A stretch of 64,000 bases of DNA from Lama guanicoe (taxonomy: Eukaryota), in NCBI GenBank assembly GCA_013239625.1, contig MU053379.1, positions 8,490 to 72,489 of the forward strand. Direction: 5' to 3'. Every line of letters begins with the position of its first letter. Within the stretch, counting starts at the first letter, position 1. This document shows, in pieces, positions 1-12,307 of this stretch. A program made the position numbers and the translations under genes. The notes beneath the pieces are model-generated. The model did not search any database and was not told the origin of the DNA. It saw only the letters and a program-made list of their open reading frames with translations.

Positions 1-670
1 GGAGTCCCACTCCTGGGCATATATCCAGAAGGAACCCTACTTCAAAATGACACCTGCACCCCAATGTTCATAGCAGCACTATTTACAATAGCCAAGACAT
101 GGAAACAGCCTAAATGTCCATCAACAGATGGCTGGATAAAGAAGAGGTGGTATATTTATACAATGGAATAATACTCAGCCATAAAAACCGATAACATAAC
201 GCCATTTGCAGCAACATGGATGCTCCTGGAGAATGTCATTCTAAGTGAAGTAAGCCAGAAAGAGAAAGAAAAATACCATATGAGATCGCTCATATGTGAT
301 TGTTCCCTCCTTCTGATGAAGTCTAGCCCAGAAAGTTTCAGTAACTCATTAAAAAGACAAAAACAAACAAACAAAGCATAAATACAAAACAGAAATAGAC
401 TCACAGACATAGAATATAAACTTGTGGTTGCCAAGGGGGCGGAGGGTGGGAAGGGATAGATGGGATTTCAAAATCGTAGAATAGATAAACAACATTATAC
501 GGTATAGCACAGGGAAATATACACAAGATCTTATGGTAGCTCACAGAGAAAAAAATGTGACAATGAATATATGTATGTTCATGTATAACTGAAAAATTGT
601 GCTCTACACTGGAATTTGACACACCGTGGTAAAGTGATTATAAATCAATAAAAAATGTTAAAAAAATAAA
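1..670 (+). mobile_element. L1 3' end (ORF2 C-terminus, 3'UTR, A-rich tail), younger subfamily; continues off the window's left edge
   Basis: L1 ORF2 C-terminal sequence (ATGTTCATAGCAGCACTATTTACAATAGCCAAGACATGGAAACAGCCTAAATGTCCA) and AATAAAAAATGTTAAAAAAATAAAA tail; closely matches the reverse complement of the L1 at 29093-31105. Confidence 0.95.
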
Positions 671-1182
671 ATGGGATATTGCTCAACTATAAAGAAAGAA
701 TGAAAAAATGCCATTTGCAGCAACGTGGATGGACCTAGAGATTATCACACTATGTGACATAAGTCAAAGACAAATATCACATAATATCACTTATATTTGG
801 AATCTAACAAAATGATACAAATGAACTTTTTTACAACACAGAAATAGACTCACAGGCACAGAAAACAAACGAATGCTTACCTAAGAGGAAAGGGCAGGGG
901 AGGGATATATTAGGAGTTTGGGATTAATTAGCAGATATATGTTAATGTGTATAAAATAGATAACTAACAAGGACCTACTGTACAGCACAGGGAACTATAC
1001 TCAATATCTTGTAATAACATTTAATGGAAAATAACTTGGAAAAGAATATATATATATATTCAGTTTATATATATATAAATAATATATAATATATTATTTA
1101 TATATAAACTGAATACTTTGCTGTATACTTGAATAAGACAACATTGTAAATCATCTATACTTTGATAAAAACAATTTTAAAA
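671..1182 (+). mobile_element. L1 3' end, older artiodactyl-type subfamily
   Basis: GCCATTTGCAGCAACGTGGATGGACCTAGAG and AAGGACCTACTGTACAGCACAGGGAACTATACTCAATATCTTG; same 3'UTR type as 24342-24536 and 31364-31960. Confidence 0.9.
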
Positions 1183-3756
1183 TGGTTTAAAAATGTAATT
1201 TGCCTGTTTCTTTCTGATTGGGGTGAGTGCATGTACTGACTGCCTTAGTAAGTGAGCCCCTTGAAGCAAGAACTTGGTCTCCCTCACCCTTGAACTCCTA
1301 CTCCCATAAAAAGCACACCGCATCATCTGCTACATAGATGAACACAAGCCTGGCAGGTACTTTAAGGTGAATGACCCTCTAAAGGGACTTCGTCACCAGC
1401 TGACCTCTCTTGCAAATCCCTGCGTGCTTGTCAGGCTGTCTTTCTCCCTCTGAAATCAGCACTTGTATCTTCCCTCCTCTTTAGGCCACTCTCTTATCCC
1501 CCAAATCCCTTTCACTGTCTGTGAAGCACATCCTGGAGTGGTCTGGGCATCTACCTTAGCTGGGCTACTGCAAGCCCCTCCTTCCCGCCGAGATGCCTTT
1601 AGGTGTTTCCCCAGTAAAGACCAGTCTCTCTGATAGAGTTGATTTCCTAAAATTAAGGATGTTCTCCCCTAACCTTGGGTTAGATAAAGAAGATGAACGA
1701 AGGTGAGGCAGACCTTGGCCTGTATGGAGCTTTTCTGTATAGATGGTTCACTTTTCTTAAAAAGAAATAAAGAAAAAAATATATAAAATAGTGTGTGTAT
1801 ATATATAATAGTATATATATATGATATGTATTATATACACACTAATTAATGTCGGTTTTCTGATAGTGAGTTTATATTGGCTCAAAACATATCATAAATG
1901 AAAATGTATCTTTTCATCATTGATCATTGGAATCTAACCAAAATAATTTTTTCATTCAAATTAAACCTGTTCCCTCCAGAAGGAAAAGGACTGAGCAGCA
2001 ATAGTCAAGCTCTTCTTCTCTCTGGGTCTTAGTGGAAGGTGAGCCTGGGAGAAAATAAATATCCATCACTTCAGTGGGCCAGCCCGGGGAGGCCAGGCCT
2101 GAAGGCATGGGAGGTGGTGGGGAGGGCCCCTGTGCTGGGCCTGCTGAGCTGGGGTTATAGGTCTCTCTGGTTTAGGGAAGACGGAGGCCTGAGAGGCCAG
2201 CCGTGTCCTCCTGCCTCCTCCGTCTCAAGGCAGATGCAGCTGAGCCATGAGTCACCTCTCCCCCTGGGCCATGGGGGAAGAGAGGGGGCTGGAGGGCGTC
2301 CTTTCTTCCTTTACTTTCATCCATGTCACCAGTATGTTTTCTTCTTCCCCTGTAAGGGCCCAGGGTTAAAGGTCACTTAGGTGAACACATCCGTGTGGGT
2401 GGGCTAAAGAAAGCTGAGGCAAAAGCACATTGATCTGTTCTGCTCAGTCCGCGGAATATTCCTACTTCCAGCTTTGAACTATGCCTCTGTTTTTCTCCCT
2501 CCCACCTTCTTCCCTTCTTCCCTCCCCAACTCCATCAAGTAGAAAACCCAGGGGTAGAATCCGGCTGGGGTAGAAGCATAACTAATGCAGGCTCTACCAT
2601 CGTCTCGTTGACTTGGGAGGGATCAGCCCAGGAGGTAAGAGAGAGACCTTTATCCTCACGCCATCCTTTGGTAACCGCCCACATTTCCCCACTTTCTCAC
2701 TCAGTCCTCACCATGAATGTCATCCTTTGCCATGAATGTCAGAGCCAGTTCACCCTGCTCCTCACCATGCTGGACCTTTACGCCCATGCTAGCCTCCCTC
2801 TCTGTGTTGGACTGAGGCATGAGAAAAATCCCTTTTAATTCCTGGGTCAACCAACAACATTAGGGTTTTTCAAACGTTGCATTTAGAGCTAAGGGAAGCA
2901 ACAGTGACCAATAGCCAAACAAGGAAAACTAGACACGAGCAAAGGTAGAGAAGGCAGCTCTGGGCCCGGCGTGGGTTAGACCCGCAGGGCAGTGAGGGCT
3001 GAGCAAGACCCTGCCTGACTCTGAGCTGCCGGGGAGGAGAGCTGGGAGGGAGAGTCAGAATCAGGCTGCCTGGGTTCCAGGGGTCTGCTTCGCGTGACAT
3101 CAGGTAAGTCGGTAGACGCTTTTTGTTTGTTTTCTTATCTACTAATTCAACCCCTACTTGCAGGGTGGGTTAAATGAGTTCAGATTCAGTTTGTTTAGGA
3201 TTCCAGGAGCTAATGTATGTGAGAGTTCTTTCCTCAGAGTCTGGCCACAGGACGTGCTGAACAAATTTAGCTATCATTATCATTATCACTAGAAATCAGA
3301 CAGAAGCATGGCCTCAGGCCCATATTGACTTACTCTGTGAAAACTTTCTCCAGAGAGTGAAAAACTAGTTGATTTTTCACACCCCAGGCATCACTGTTAA
3401 CAGGCTGTGCCCTGAGCCAGTATCAGCCCTTTAGAAACTTGGAAATAATCAGCTTTGTGCAGACTTTAAGGCAACCAAGTCCTCTTCCTTTCCATGGGGC
3501 CCCATTAGAGGGAGTGTGGTCTCTTTCTCACGAAGGACTTGAGTGTCACTCTCTGATGTTTACGCCTGGGTTTTGTGTGTAAAGAGATGATGCCCTCACG
3601 TGGTGCTCACCTCTGGTGTCTCATCGTCTCCTGCAGCTGGATCTGAAGGATGTGCTGGCTTGGGGCAACTGGCTCCTTCCCTCCCTCCTTCCCTCCTATT
3701 CCTTCTTCCTGACCTTTCTTCTGATTCTGCTTCGTTTTTGCTTTTCATGATTATTC

Positions 3757-4235
3757 TGTAGCACAGGGACAATAACTTTCCTTCTATCCTTCTGAGTTCT
3801 TGGCTGAGAGGTCCCTGTCATAGAAGACAGATTAACAGGAGAAAAAGAAAAACAGTTTTTATTATGCATGTATAGAAGCCCCACAAAGACTCAAAAGAAG
3901 GCCAGACAGCTGAGGCTTATAGACCCTCCAGAGCTAGGACAAGGGACAGGGCTCTGGGTGCTTCAGAGGAGGGGGCAATGTGAGAAGAGGAAATGTTTGG
4001 TAAACAGAGCTTGCCCAGCCTTGCAGATAAGTCTCTCCAGGGGAAGGTTATCTCTGGTAATAGCTCTCTTCCTGGGACAAGTCCCCTTTCTAATGTAAAT
4101 TTCTCTTATAAAAAGATAACTTATACTCTGTTTTTAGAGCTTCTCCTGTGTCTGCAGTTTCTCAAAATAATCAGCTCAAAATAGTCCTGATGCCAAAGAG
4201 GCATATTTAGGAGTGGGATAATCTACTCCGCTTCA
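3757..4235 (-). mobile_element. ERV1-type solo LTR (MER34-like)
   Basis: TG...CA termini; minus strand begins TGAAGCGGAGTAGATTATCCCACTCCTAAATATGCCTCTTTGGCAT; flanks ATTC/TTTC (4-bp TSD, 1 mismatch). Confidence 0.8.
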
Positions 4236-6808
4236 TTTCCCATCATTTAAAGAAGGCAGGAGAAAAGAGCTGTGTGTTCATGACTCCGCCCTGCCTCGAA
4301 GGGTGGACATCAGGCACTTCTCAGGCTCCCCAAAACACCACAGAGGCAGCGAGCAGCTCATTTGCGTGTGACTTGCTCTTTCTGGATGTTTAGCCACATT
4401 TTCTCCTTGGTACTCAGCTCTGGGGTGGTTCAGCTGAGGCTTTCTCAGTGTGTGCTTGCTCTGATTCTGATGGCTCAAAGGGAACTTCTCTAACTTTAGA
4501 TGAACTCTAGGAGGTTTTAAATGATTGTTTCCCAAAGTATATTTCAAGGGTGTGTTTTCTAGTAGAGTAATGGACATTTCCATATTAGAGGAGTCTACGA
4601 TCAAAGAAATTTTTGATCACGGTGTTGGACTGGTTTTTTAAAAATTAGCTCACAGGACACACCAATATCTTTAAAAGTTTAATATGCATTCTAAATCTGT
4701 AAAGGATTAAGTTCTAATTTGAATAATTCACACATCCACATGCACACACATAAATGAGAGACAAAGAACACATCTCAGAGCACCAGTTCTTACTAAGAAC
4801 CCTTTGAGAAATGAAGATTGAAACACCAGAATACTATACAACCATGAAAAAGAATGCAGTAGGCGTATACATGATTTCTTAGAAGGATGTTCATGATACA
4901 TTAGTAGAAACAAAAGTTTCTCAACAATATATATACATTATTTTCATTAGGAAAATAACAGGTAGGTGAATGTAAATATGCCTGGTGTACATAGAAAGAG
5001 GCTAGAGGTGTGTCTCTCACAGTGGAATTATGGCCACCCCCCCACCATGGGGTGGGGAGGGGGCTGGAGGGGTGTGAAGGAGGAGTTCATTTTATTTATT
5101 TCATAAATAAATACAATAATTATGGGGGAATTCTGAACTATTTCGCTCTGTGGGTTTCCTATATTTTCAAAATAGAACCCTTAAAAATTCATGATGAACA
5201 CACCTAGCGGAAGTCATCGCTCACTTTCTCCTTATGCTTCTACTACTATTGAAGGTTTTGATGAACTGAAAACAAGTTTTATACCCAGTGCTTGAGCTTT
5301 GGGCTTTATTTTTATCATGAGGAATGTTTGCCTGTCACTTGAATTTGACCATTAGTTTCAGTTTCTTGAAAGAAAAAAAATTTACTTCTCTCAGCTTTCC
5401 AATTTCAGGCAAGAATGTTGGCCAGAGATAAATACATAAGGGAATAAATGAAGAATAGGTGTTCGTGGTTGACATCTAATTGCTGCAGAACTAGGAGGTA
5501 GAAAAATGTGACAGTCTCTATAGAATCTCTTCTTTCTTCCCCCGATCGACCTGTCTCCCATCAGCTGAAATGGAACGATTTGTTGATTTTCTTTCTTAAC
5601 TGTACCAGGGAGATGTTTTAATAACTCTTTGTTGGTGAGCTCTTGGTACCCCCAATATATTTCCCCTATCAGCCAGTTTTGTCCACGTTGTTCACAGAAC
5701 TGTTGCTACATCCTTTGAGAAATGGAGACATTGTTATGGTTAAGTAATAAAGAGATAATGCTGGGTGACAAATGCCTGTAGAAGCAAGAGCCAGTGACAT
5801 TTAATAATATCCAGTGAGTGATGACTATTCTCATGTTTACAATTTGAAACAAAGAAAACTGGTTGCAGGTATCCTGCAGCAGACCTTTCCTATCTCTTTT
5901 TTCTGTTTCTTGTACCAGTTGCCTGGTTCCTGACTCTTAGACCAGGACAGGGAGGGGCTATGGACCACCCTGAGACTGAAGATGTTGGATAGGTTGGGGT
6001 GGTAACTAATGTTGGGTTGCCCCCAGCCCCTTCCAAGCAGAATCTGAGATAAGGGTTTGAATGCACCAGCAGGGGAATGGGCAAGCAAGGCGGGAAGGGA
6101 GGAAAGAATTCAAGGTCAGGTTGCTCCTTCAGTGGGTGACTGGGGTGCGATGCTGCTGGGAACATCTGGGAGACTATGGAGAATGTGCCTCAGAACTGAG
6201 ATATCCAAGAGGCAAGGAAACTGGGCATTTATCTTCTAACTCCCGTTCCTTTTTGGCTGACGGCTGCTTCTTCTGATTGTGTCCCTCGTACCTCCAGATG
6301 GTCCCGTGGGTGGACTGAGCATGCCAGAGAAAGCCTGTAGCATTTCCCAGGTGTTTGAAGTGCATGCATGGAAAGGTGAGTGCCAAGCAGATACAGGCAG
6401 GGTGTGGACAGCATCTTTCGTAGGTGAAATGCACACGGGTAAGTTCTGTGATGCTGTTATGTGATCTCACAAGTTGATTAGCCTAATTTTCTATTAACAT
6501 TGGAATAAGGCTCAGAGAAAGGAAGGAAAAAGGAAGATGAGAAAAGGAGACAGAAGAGGGGTGGGAAAGGCAAAGAAAGGTGAGGGGAAGAAGAAGAAGC
6601 AACATTTGATGGAGGAAGTCCCGAGTGGCAGACGGTATTGGCAAAATGTGCTCGTACTGTAGGCCAGCTGTGCTGTCAACATCTGCACCCATTTATATGG
6701 AAACAAAACAGGAAGTGCTCAGGAAGGGGGAGTGAAGACAATTTTTGCAGTAAAGACAGTAGCTATCTCTCAATAAGAATCTTCATTACTGCCACTTAAA
6801 AAGAACCA

Positions 6809-6919
6809 GGGGGAGGGTATAGCTCAGTGGTAGAGTGCGTGCTTAGCATGCATTAGGGCCTGGGTTCAATCCCCAGTACTTCCATCAAAAATAAATAAAT
6901 AAATGTCTTAGCCTCCCGC
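6809..6919 (+). mobile_element. tRNA-Ala-derived SINE (vic-1-like)
   Basis: A box TAGCTCAGTGG, B box GGTTCAATCCC, (AAAT)n tail; TSD AAAAGAACCA at 6799-6808 and 6920-6929. Confidence 0.93.
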
Positions 6920-9267
6920 AAAAGAACCAAGCCTTCTGTTGGTTGTTTCCCACATATTAATTGTAATTGTCACATGGAGCCTGTGAGGTGGGTCTTACTG
7001 TCCTGTGTTAAAGATGAGAACATGGAGGCACAGAGAAGCTAAGGTGATTCGTAAGCTACTATTTGCATCAGAACCAGCTTCAAAATTCATGTTCTTTCCC
7101 CTGCAGAGAACGACTTCTCTACAGTGGAGGGTCTCCTGGGGACATAGGGGATGGCTGTGGCTCACTCAGGGACATAAAAGCTCGTGGCAGACATTCTGGG
7201 AGTGTTCACCTACATGAGCTTTCCTGGAGGTTGACATCTTGATTGGATCATTAGCTCCAAGACTGAGCCCCACCCAACAGCCCGCAGTGAAGCCTCAGGC
7301 CAGACAACATACAGTGTGTGAGCACAGCCCCATCCGTCAGCAGACCTCCTGAGCCAGCTCTAAGAAGAACAACTCCATCCTGCAGAAACTGAACTTGGAG
7401 CCAGGTGGAGCACATCAGCTCAAGCAGCCCAGCCCTTGACAGTTAAGTCGTTGGCTTCGACACGAGAACCTAACCAGTTTGTTTTGGCCTAACCTGTTAG
7501 GCTGATGGCAATTCCCAGGCCACGGAGGATGGAAGCACATCGTACAGGATGGACGCCTATTTCGCCCTTCCAGGACCGCCATGCACCTGCCCCCAGCCTC
7601 CTGCAGAGGGCCCAGCTCCCGGAGGATTGTAGACTCTAAGCACGTCTGGTGATGTCATCCTTTGTGTGGAGACACCACGGGAGGAGGCCCACCAGCCGCG
7701 GGTGGTGATTGCACCTGACTGCATTGGGGGCATGGACAAGGATTCACTTTGGGAACTAACAGAAATAACTGATGTCTTAGGTCAAGTTTCTTAAAAGCAG
7801 AGTCTGAGACAGGCTTCAGTTGGAAGGCAATTCACTGGGATGGGGAACAAGGTCTTCTGAGTGTAAGAGGGGCTGCTAAGCCAGAAGACACTTTGCGTAC
7901 AGGAGTAATAAGTCAGCTGAGCAATCAAGACTGCCCTGAAGCTGGGTAACGGAGTCAAACCAATACCACCACAGAGACCAAAACACGGGGATCTGTGTCT
8001 GTAATAGGCAAGTGGCAACTGAACTTCATCTTTGTTTTAAAAATGGGCTCTGGGCCTTTTAGGCTGACTTTTTTTTGTTAAGGAACTAGGGAGAATCCAG
8101 GAGAGGCTTGACCACTTGGCATCCTAGAGAAATCTGGCCAACAGATTTGATGTGTTGACAGCTCCATGTAGGACTCCTTCTAGGCAACTTAAGTTGTGGG
8201 ACCCTGCCCGTCTCTGGAGTGACCCAGGGATGTCAGGAGAGCACACAGAGAACTTTCTTTCCCCAGGCCAGAGTCTCGATGTCGCACAGAGTGATCATGT
8301 GCTAGCTTTACTGCTCCAAGCATTTGACACCTGGAGGAGATGACTTCCCCAGGAACACAATACTGTATCGGACTGCGATGCCCGACCTAATGTACACACG
8401 AAGACCCCTGCTTAGCTTCCTGTATTTTTTCTTATTTAGCTTTAGCTCCTCAGGGATGGGAGCTTTGCCTAACTGAGTACCTGACCCTCAACAAATATTT
8501 GGTGAATGAATGAATGAGTGAATGTGTGCTGAGTCCATGCCTCTTGGAGTTGCCGCTGCTCTGGACCCACCCTTCCACGCTCTGCCTTTGGATGCAGAGC
8601 CTTGCGAACTGCATGGCTCCCTGTCAGGTGGCTTCCGGGCAGGTGCTGCCGAGAGGAGGCTCTAAGGGAGACTGGAAGGCCGGAAGTGGGACTTGGTAGG
8701 GCAGGGGCAGGGGGACTTCATCGTTCCTCTTTTGCTGCTATCCCTGTCAGCATGGTTCCACCAGAGCACTTTCCCCAGTGGATTTCATTGGCTCTGGTTT
8801 TCAGCTTCATCCCACTCTCCCGGAACCAGCCTCACATCCCCTTAGAAGGACCAGCCACAGCTGTGTGGTTCTTTGAGGGTCTGCGTCTAGCTCCATAGGG
8901 CTCCTCCTCCTTGTTTCCAGATTCTCTCAGAGCCCTGATTTCTTCCCTTCGCTCCTCTGGCCCAAAGGAGGCAACTGCTTCCTGCAGTTACTACCTCAAT
9001 GTCTCCTTTTGCTTTCCTCCAATACCTGGGTGATTACGTTCTCTCTGTTAAAATACCTTGTGTGCCTTTCTCTTTCTGGATGCTGACTCTTACGTGATCT
9101 TGTAGTAACCCTGTGGTTTAGGTATTACGGTCTCCGTTTTGCAGATAAGGAAAGTGGTGCAAAGAACTGTTCGGAGCATTCCCAAGTTTACGCATCTGGG
9201 GCATGTTGGAAAAGGCAGCGTGTTGTGGTCAATCTGAGTTCGAATTCTGCCCTTACTGTTAACTGTG

Positions 9268-10125
9268 GTTTTTTACCTTTAATTTTACATTCAGAAAAAC
9301 TCATCCTTTCTAGTGTATGGGTCGATGAGTTTGGACAAGCAAATATAGTTGTGATACTTGCCGTGCAATCAAGATGCAGAATAGCCCCAACATTGCTCCA
9401 AATCCCCTCCCACTGCCCCATCAATGCTTCCCCCACCTCTAGCTCTTGGCAATCACTGAGCATTTTCTATTCTTATAATTTTGTCTTTCCCGGAATATTA
9501 TATAAATGAGCTCACATAGAATGTAGCTTTTTGAGTCTGGCATGTTTAATTTAGCGTAATTCCTATGGGATTCATCCATGTTTGTGTGGAAGTCCATTCC
9601 TTTTTGTTGCTGAGCAGTGTTCTTTTATGTGGATGTATAATAGTTTTTTTTCATTCACCAATTGAGGGACATTTGGATTCTTTCTAGCTTCTAGTTTCTA
9701 GGGTGAACACAAATACAGCAGCTATAAATATTCACTTACGGGTTTTTGTGTGGACATAAGTTTTTATTTTTAATGGGTAAGTACTTAGAAATGGGATTTC
9801 TGTTTTGTGTGCTGACTATTTATCTAACTTTGCAAGAGAAATGCCCAAATTGTTTTCTCAGGGGCTGAGTCATTGTGCAGCATCACCAGTACTGCATGAG
9901 CGTTCCCGTTGCTCCACATCCTTGGTGGCACTTGGCATTGTCAGGTTTTGTTTTAGTTTTAATATTTTAACATATTTTTATTACTTTTATTTCTTTCAAC
10001 GGAGGTGCCAGGGATCGAACCCAGGACCTTGTGCATGCTAAGCATGCACTCTACCACTGAGCTCTACCCTCCCCCCTCTTTCTTTCTTAATTTCAGTAAT
10101 TCCCCTAGGTGTGCTGTGATGCAGT
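9268..10125 (-). mobile_element. Old L1M (L1MB/MC-like) 3' fragment, interrupted by a SINE
   Basis: Antisense L1 motifs such as TTCATCCATGTT, TTGAGGGACATTTGGATT, GCAGCTATAAATATTCAC and TCCCGTTGCTCCACATCCT. Confidence 0.75.
9975..10075 (-). mobile_element. tRNA-Ala-derived SINE (vic-1-like, short form)
   Basis: GGAGGTGCCAGGGATCGAACCCAGGACCTTGTGCATGCTAAGCATGCACTCTACCACTGAGCT is the reverse complement of the 6809 SINE body. Confidence 0.92.
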
Positions 10126-10179
10126 ACATTATGAAAGCATCTGGGTGGGACTTTGGCCCATGTAAGTTTGCCTTGGGAG

Positions 10180-10395
10180 GCTGCAGAGCATCGTGGCCAA
10201 GAGTCTAGACCCTGCAGTCGGCCAGCTTTGGTGCTCACCACCTTTGTAAACATGGGCCTCAGTTTCCTCATCTGTAAAATGAGGGTAATAACATAATAAC
10301 TATTTTAAAAGGTTGTTGTGAAGGTTAAACGAGTTAATATACATAAAGCACTGGTGCAGGATTAGTGACCTAAGTGATGCTCTTTATTGCTATTA
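10180..10395 (+). mobile_element. MIR SINE
   Basis: MIR core CCTCAGTTTCCTCATCTGTAAAATGAGG followed by GGTTGTTGTGAAGGTTAAACGAG. Confidence 0.85.
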
Positions 10396-10862
10396 TGTTA
10401 CTAGATCACTGCTTAGCTCGCCTGGTACCCCAGTCTGCATAAAAACAAAGCTGAGCGATCATACCTTGGACTCCTAACAGCAAATGGTGGAGCTTTTGGA
10501 TTGCATCTTCCAACTCCTCAAATTGCTACACCATCATTCTTTTTGGAAGCCATTCTGTGTATAAGGCCATGCCCATCCTCACTTTGTGAAAGTCTGATTT
10601 TAAAGATAGCATGTGAACTTCAGTGAGTAAAGAAAGCATTTGATTTGTTATAAAGTCCCACCTCTGTCCAAACAATATGCTTTTAATAGGCACACAGCCT
10701 GTGATTTATGCTACTTCCCCTTGATCTGCAGTGCGGTATGCATCGCCAACAGTGAGATGGAATTACCCCGCAGTCACACACCGGAGCTCATCCTTGCAGT
10801 CACTGCAGAAGGAAAGCCTCATTATCCCACAATTTGCACTTCAAAAACAAACATGCAACCTT

Positions 10863-10894
10863 CTCTCCCTCTAGTGGCACATTGAAAATGCAGC
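10863..10894 (-). promoter_or_regulatory. Candidate CTCF site (core plus upstream motif)
   Basis: Minus strand reads GCTGCATTTTCAATGTGCCACTAGAGGGAGAG: core CCACTAGAGGG with a TGCA-type upstream motif; lies in non-repeat sequence. Confidence 0.5.
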
Positions 10895-11245
10895 CTCAAG
10901 TATCGCAGAGGCCAGTCTTGCCTATTAAATCAAGGGAAACAAACAGTAAGTTTACCCAAGACTTGGGGGGTTCATCACATTTGCTTATTATTGATTGTGG
11001 GGAGAAGTTTGCATTTTCTTCCCGCCAGATGGGCTTGCTGTCGGGACAACAGGCCGGAGCATAGCCATGGGAGGTCTGGGATTTATCCTCACCTGGCACC
11101 TTATTTTTCATTAAAAACAATAAAACAGGAGGCTACAGATACTGGGTAGTCAGGGATTCTGATTGCAGGCGGCCTCTTGGGAGAATGAGACACTGCCCTG
11201 TCCTGCCTGTTAAGGGTTTATTAGCTCTGAGTAATGATACCTTAC

Positions 11246-11693
11246 CGCAGGGGGTTGGACAGTGTCTCCCCCAGACTCAGGTCTACCTGGAACCACAGAA
11301 TGTGACCTTATTTGGACGTAAGATGTAATAGGTCAAGATGAGGTCACATTAGATTAAGGTGAGCCTTAAACCCACTAACTAGTGTCTTTACAAGTAGAGG
11401 AGGGGATGCACAGGGAGACAGACACCCGGGGAAGAAGCTCATATGAAGATGTAGGCGGAGACTGGAGTGATGCGTCCACCAGCCAAGGAATGGCAGGGAC
11501 CACCGAGGGTGGCCAGCAGCCACCAGAAACTGAGAGGCATGGAGAGGTTCTCCAGAATCTTCCCAAGGAACCAACCCTGCTGACACTATGATTTTGGATT
11601 CTGGACCCTTGAATTGTGAGAGAATACACTTCTGTTGGTTTGAGCCACCCAATTTGTGGTAATTTGTTACAGTCACCCTAGGAAGCTAATACA
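11246..11693 (+). mobile_element. MaLR solo LTR (MLT1C-like)
   Basis: CAGAATGTGACCTTATTTGG...GTGGTAATTTGTTACAGTCACCCTAGGAAGCTAATACA; 5-bp TSD CTTAC at 11241-11245 and 11694-11698. Confidence 0.9.
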
Positions 11694-12164
11694 CTTACTC
11701 CGATTGACAAGATCGGGGCCCTTTCCACAGCGGCTACTGTGTGCCTAGCATACCATGGGCAGTTTGTGTCAATGAACTCATTTGATTCTCACTGTACTAC
11801 AGGAGCTACTATTTTAATGCATGGTTTTCAGATGAGCAAAGTGAGTCTCTGGGAAACCACGTGACTCACTGTGGTTCAGATGTGGCTGCTCCATGTTCTT
11901 TCACACCTGGCAAGGGTCTGAGGTTGTTCTTTTACTATTTCACTTAAATCACTTGTCTGTTCGTTTTAAACTTTGTTTCACTGAAGAATGTATCACATAT
12001 AGTAAACTATGCAAACCTTTCATATAAATAGTGTAGTGAGTTTTTACGTATGTGAGTAGCCTACAGATCAGCACCCCAGAAGACTCTGCCACAGCTCTTC
12101 CCAGATGATATGGTTTCAAGACTTTTTAATATGAAAATAGTACAAAAAGTCATATAGATTCTTT

Positions 12165-12307
12165 TTTTTAAGTATATATATTTAGGGTTTTTTTGAGAGG
12201 GAGAGGTAATTAGGTTTATTATTTATTTACAGAGATACTGGGGATTGAACCCAAGACCTCGTGAGTGTTAAGCACGCACTCTACCACTGAGCTCTACCCT
12301 CCGCCTC
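12165..12307 (-). mobile_element. tRNA-Ala-derived SINE (vic-1-like, long form)
   Basis: GAGGTAATTAGGTTTATT...GGGATTGAACCCAAG...CTACCACTGAGCT; TSD AGATTCTTT at 12156-12164 and 12308-12316. Confidence 0.92.

Noticed and set aside
314..336. Hammerhead-like CTGATGA...GAAA inside the L1 insertion
   Set aside because: The intervening AGTCTAGCCCA cannot form stem II, and I find no convincing stems I or III
3101..3109. Consensus donor CAGGTAAGT
   Set aside because: Sits in a MIR-like context with no supportable upstream exon
5049..5072. G-quadruplex-like run
   Set aside because: A common motif in mammalian DNA with no supporting context here
6812..6884. tRNA-Ala(AGC)-like gene
   Set aside because: It has an (AAAT)n tail, a TSD, mismatches and eight dispersed siblings, so it is a SINE rather than a tRNA gene
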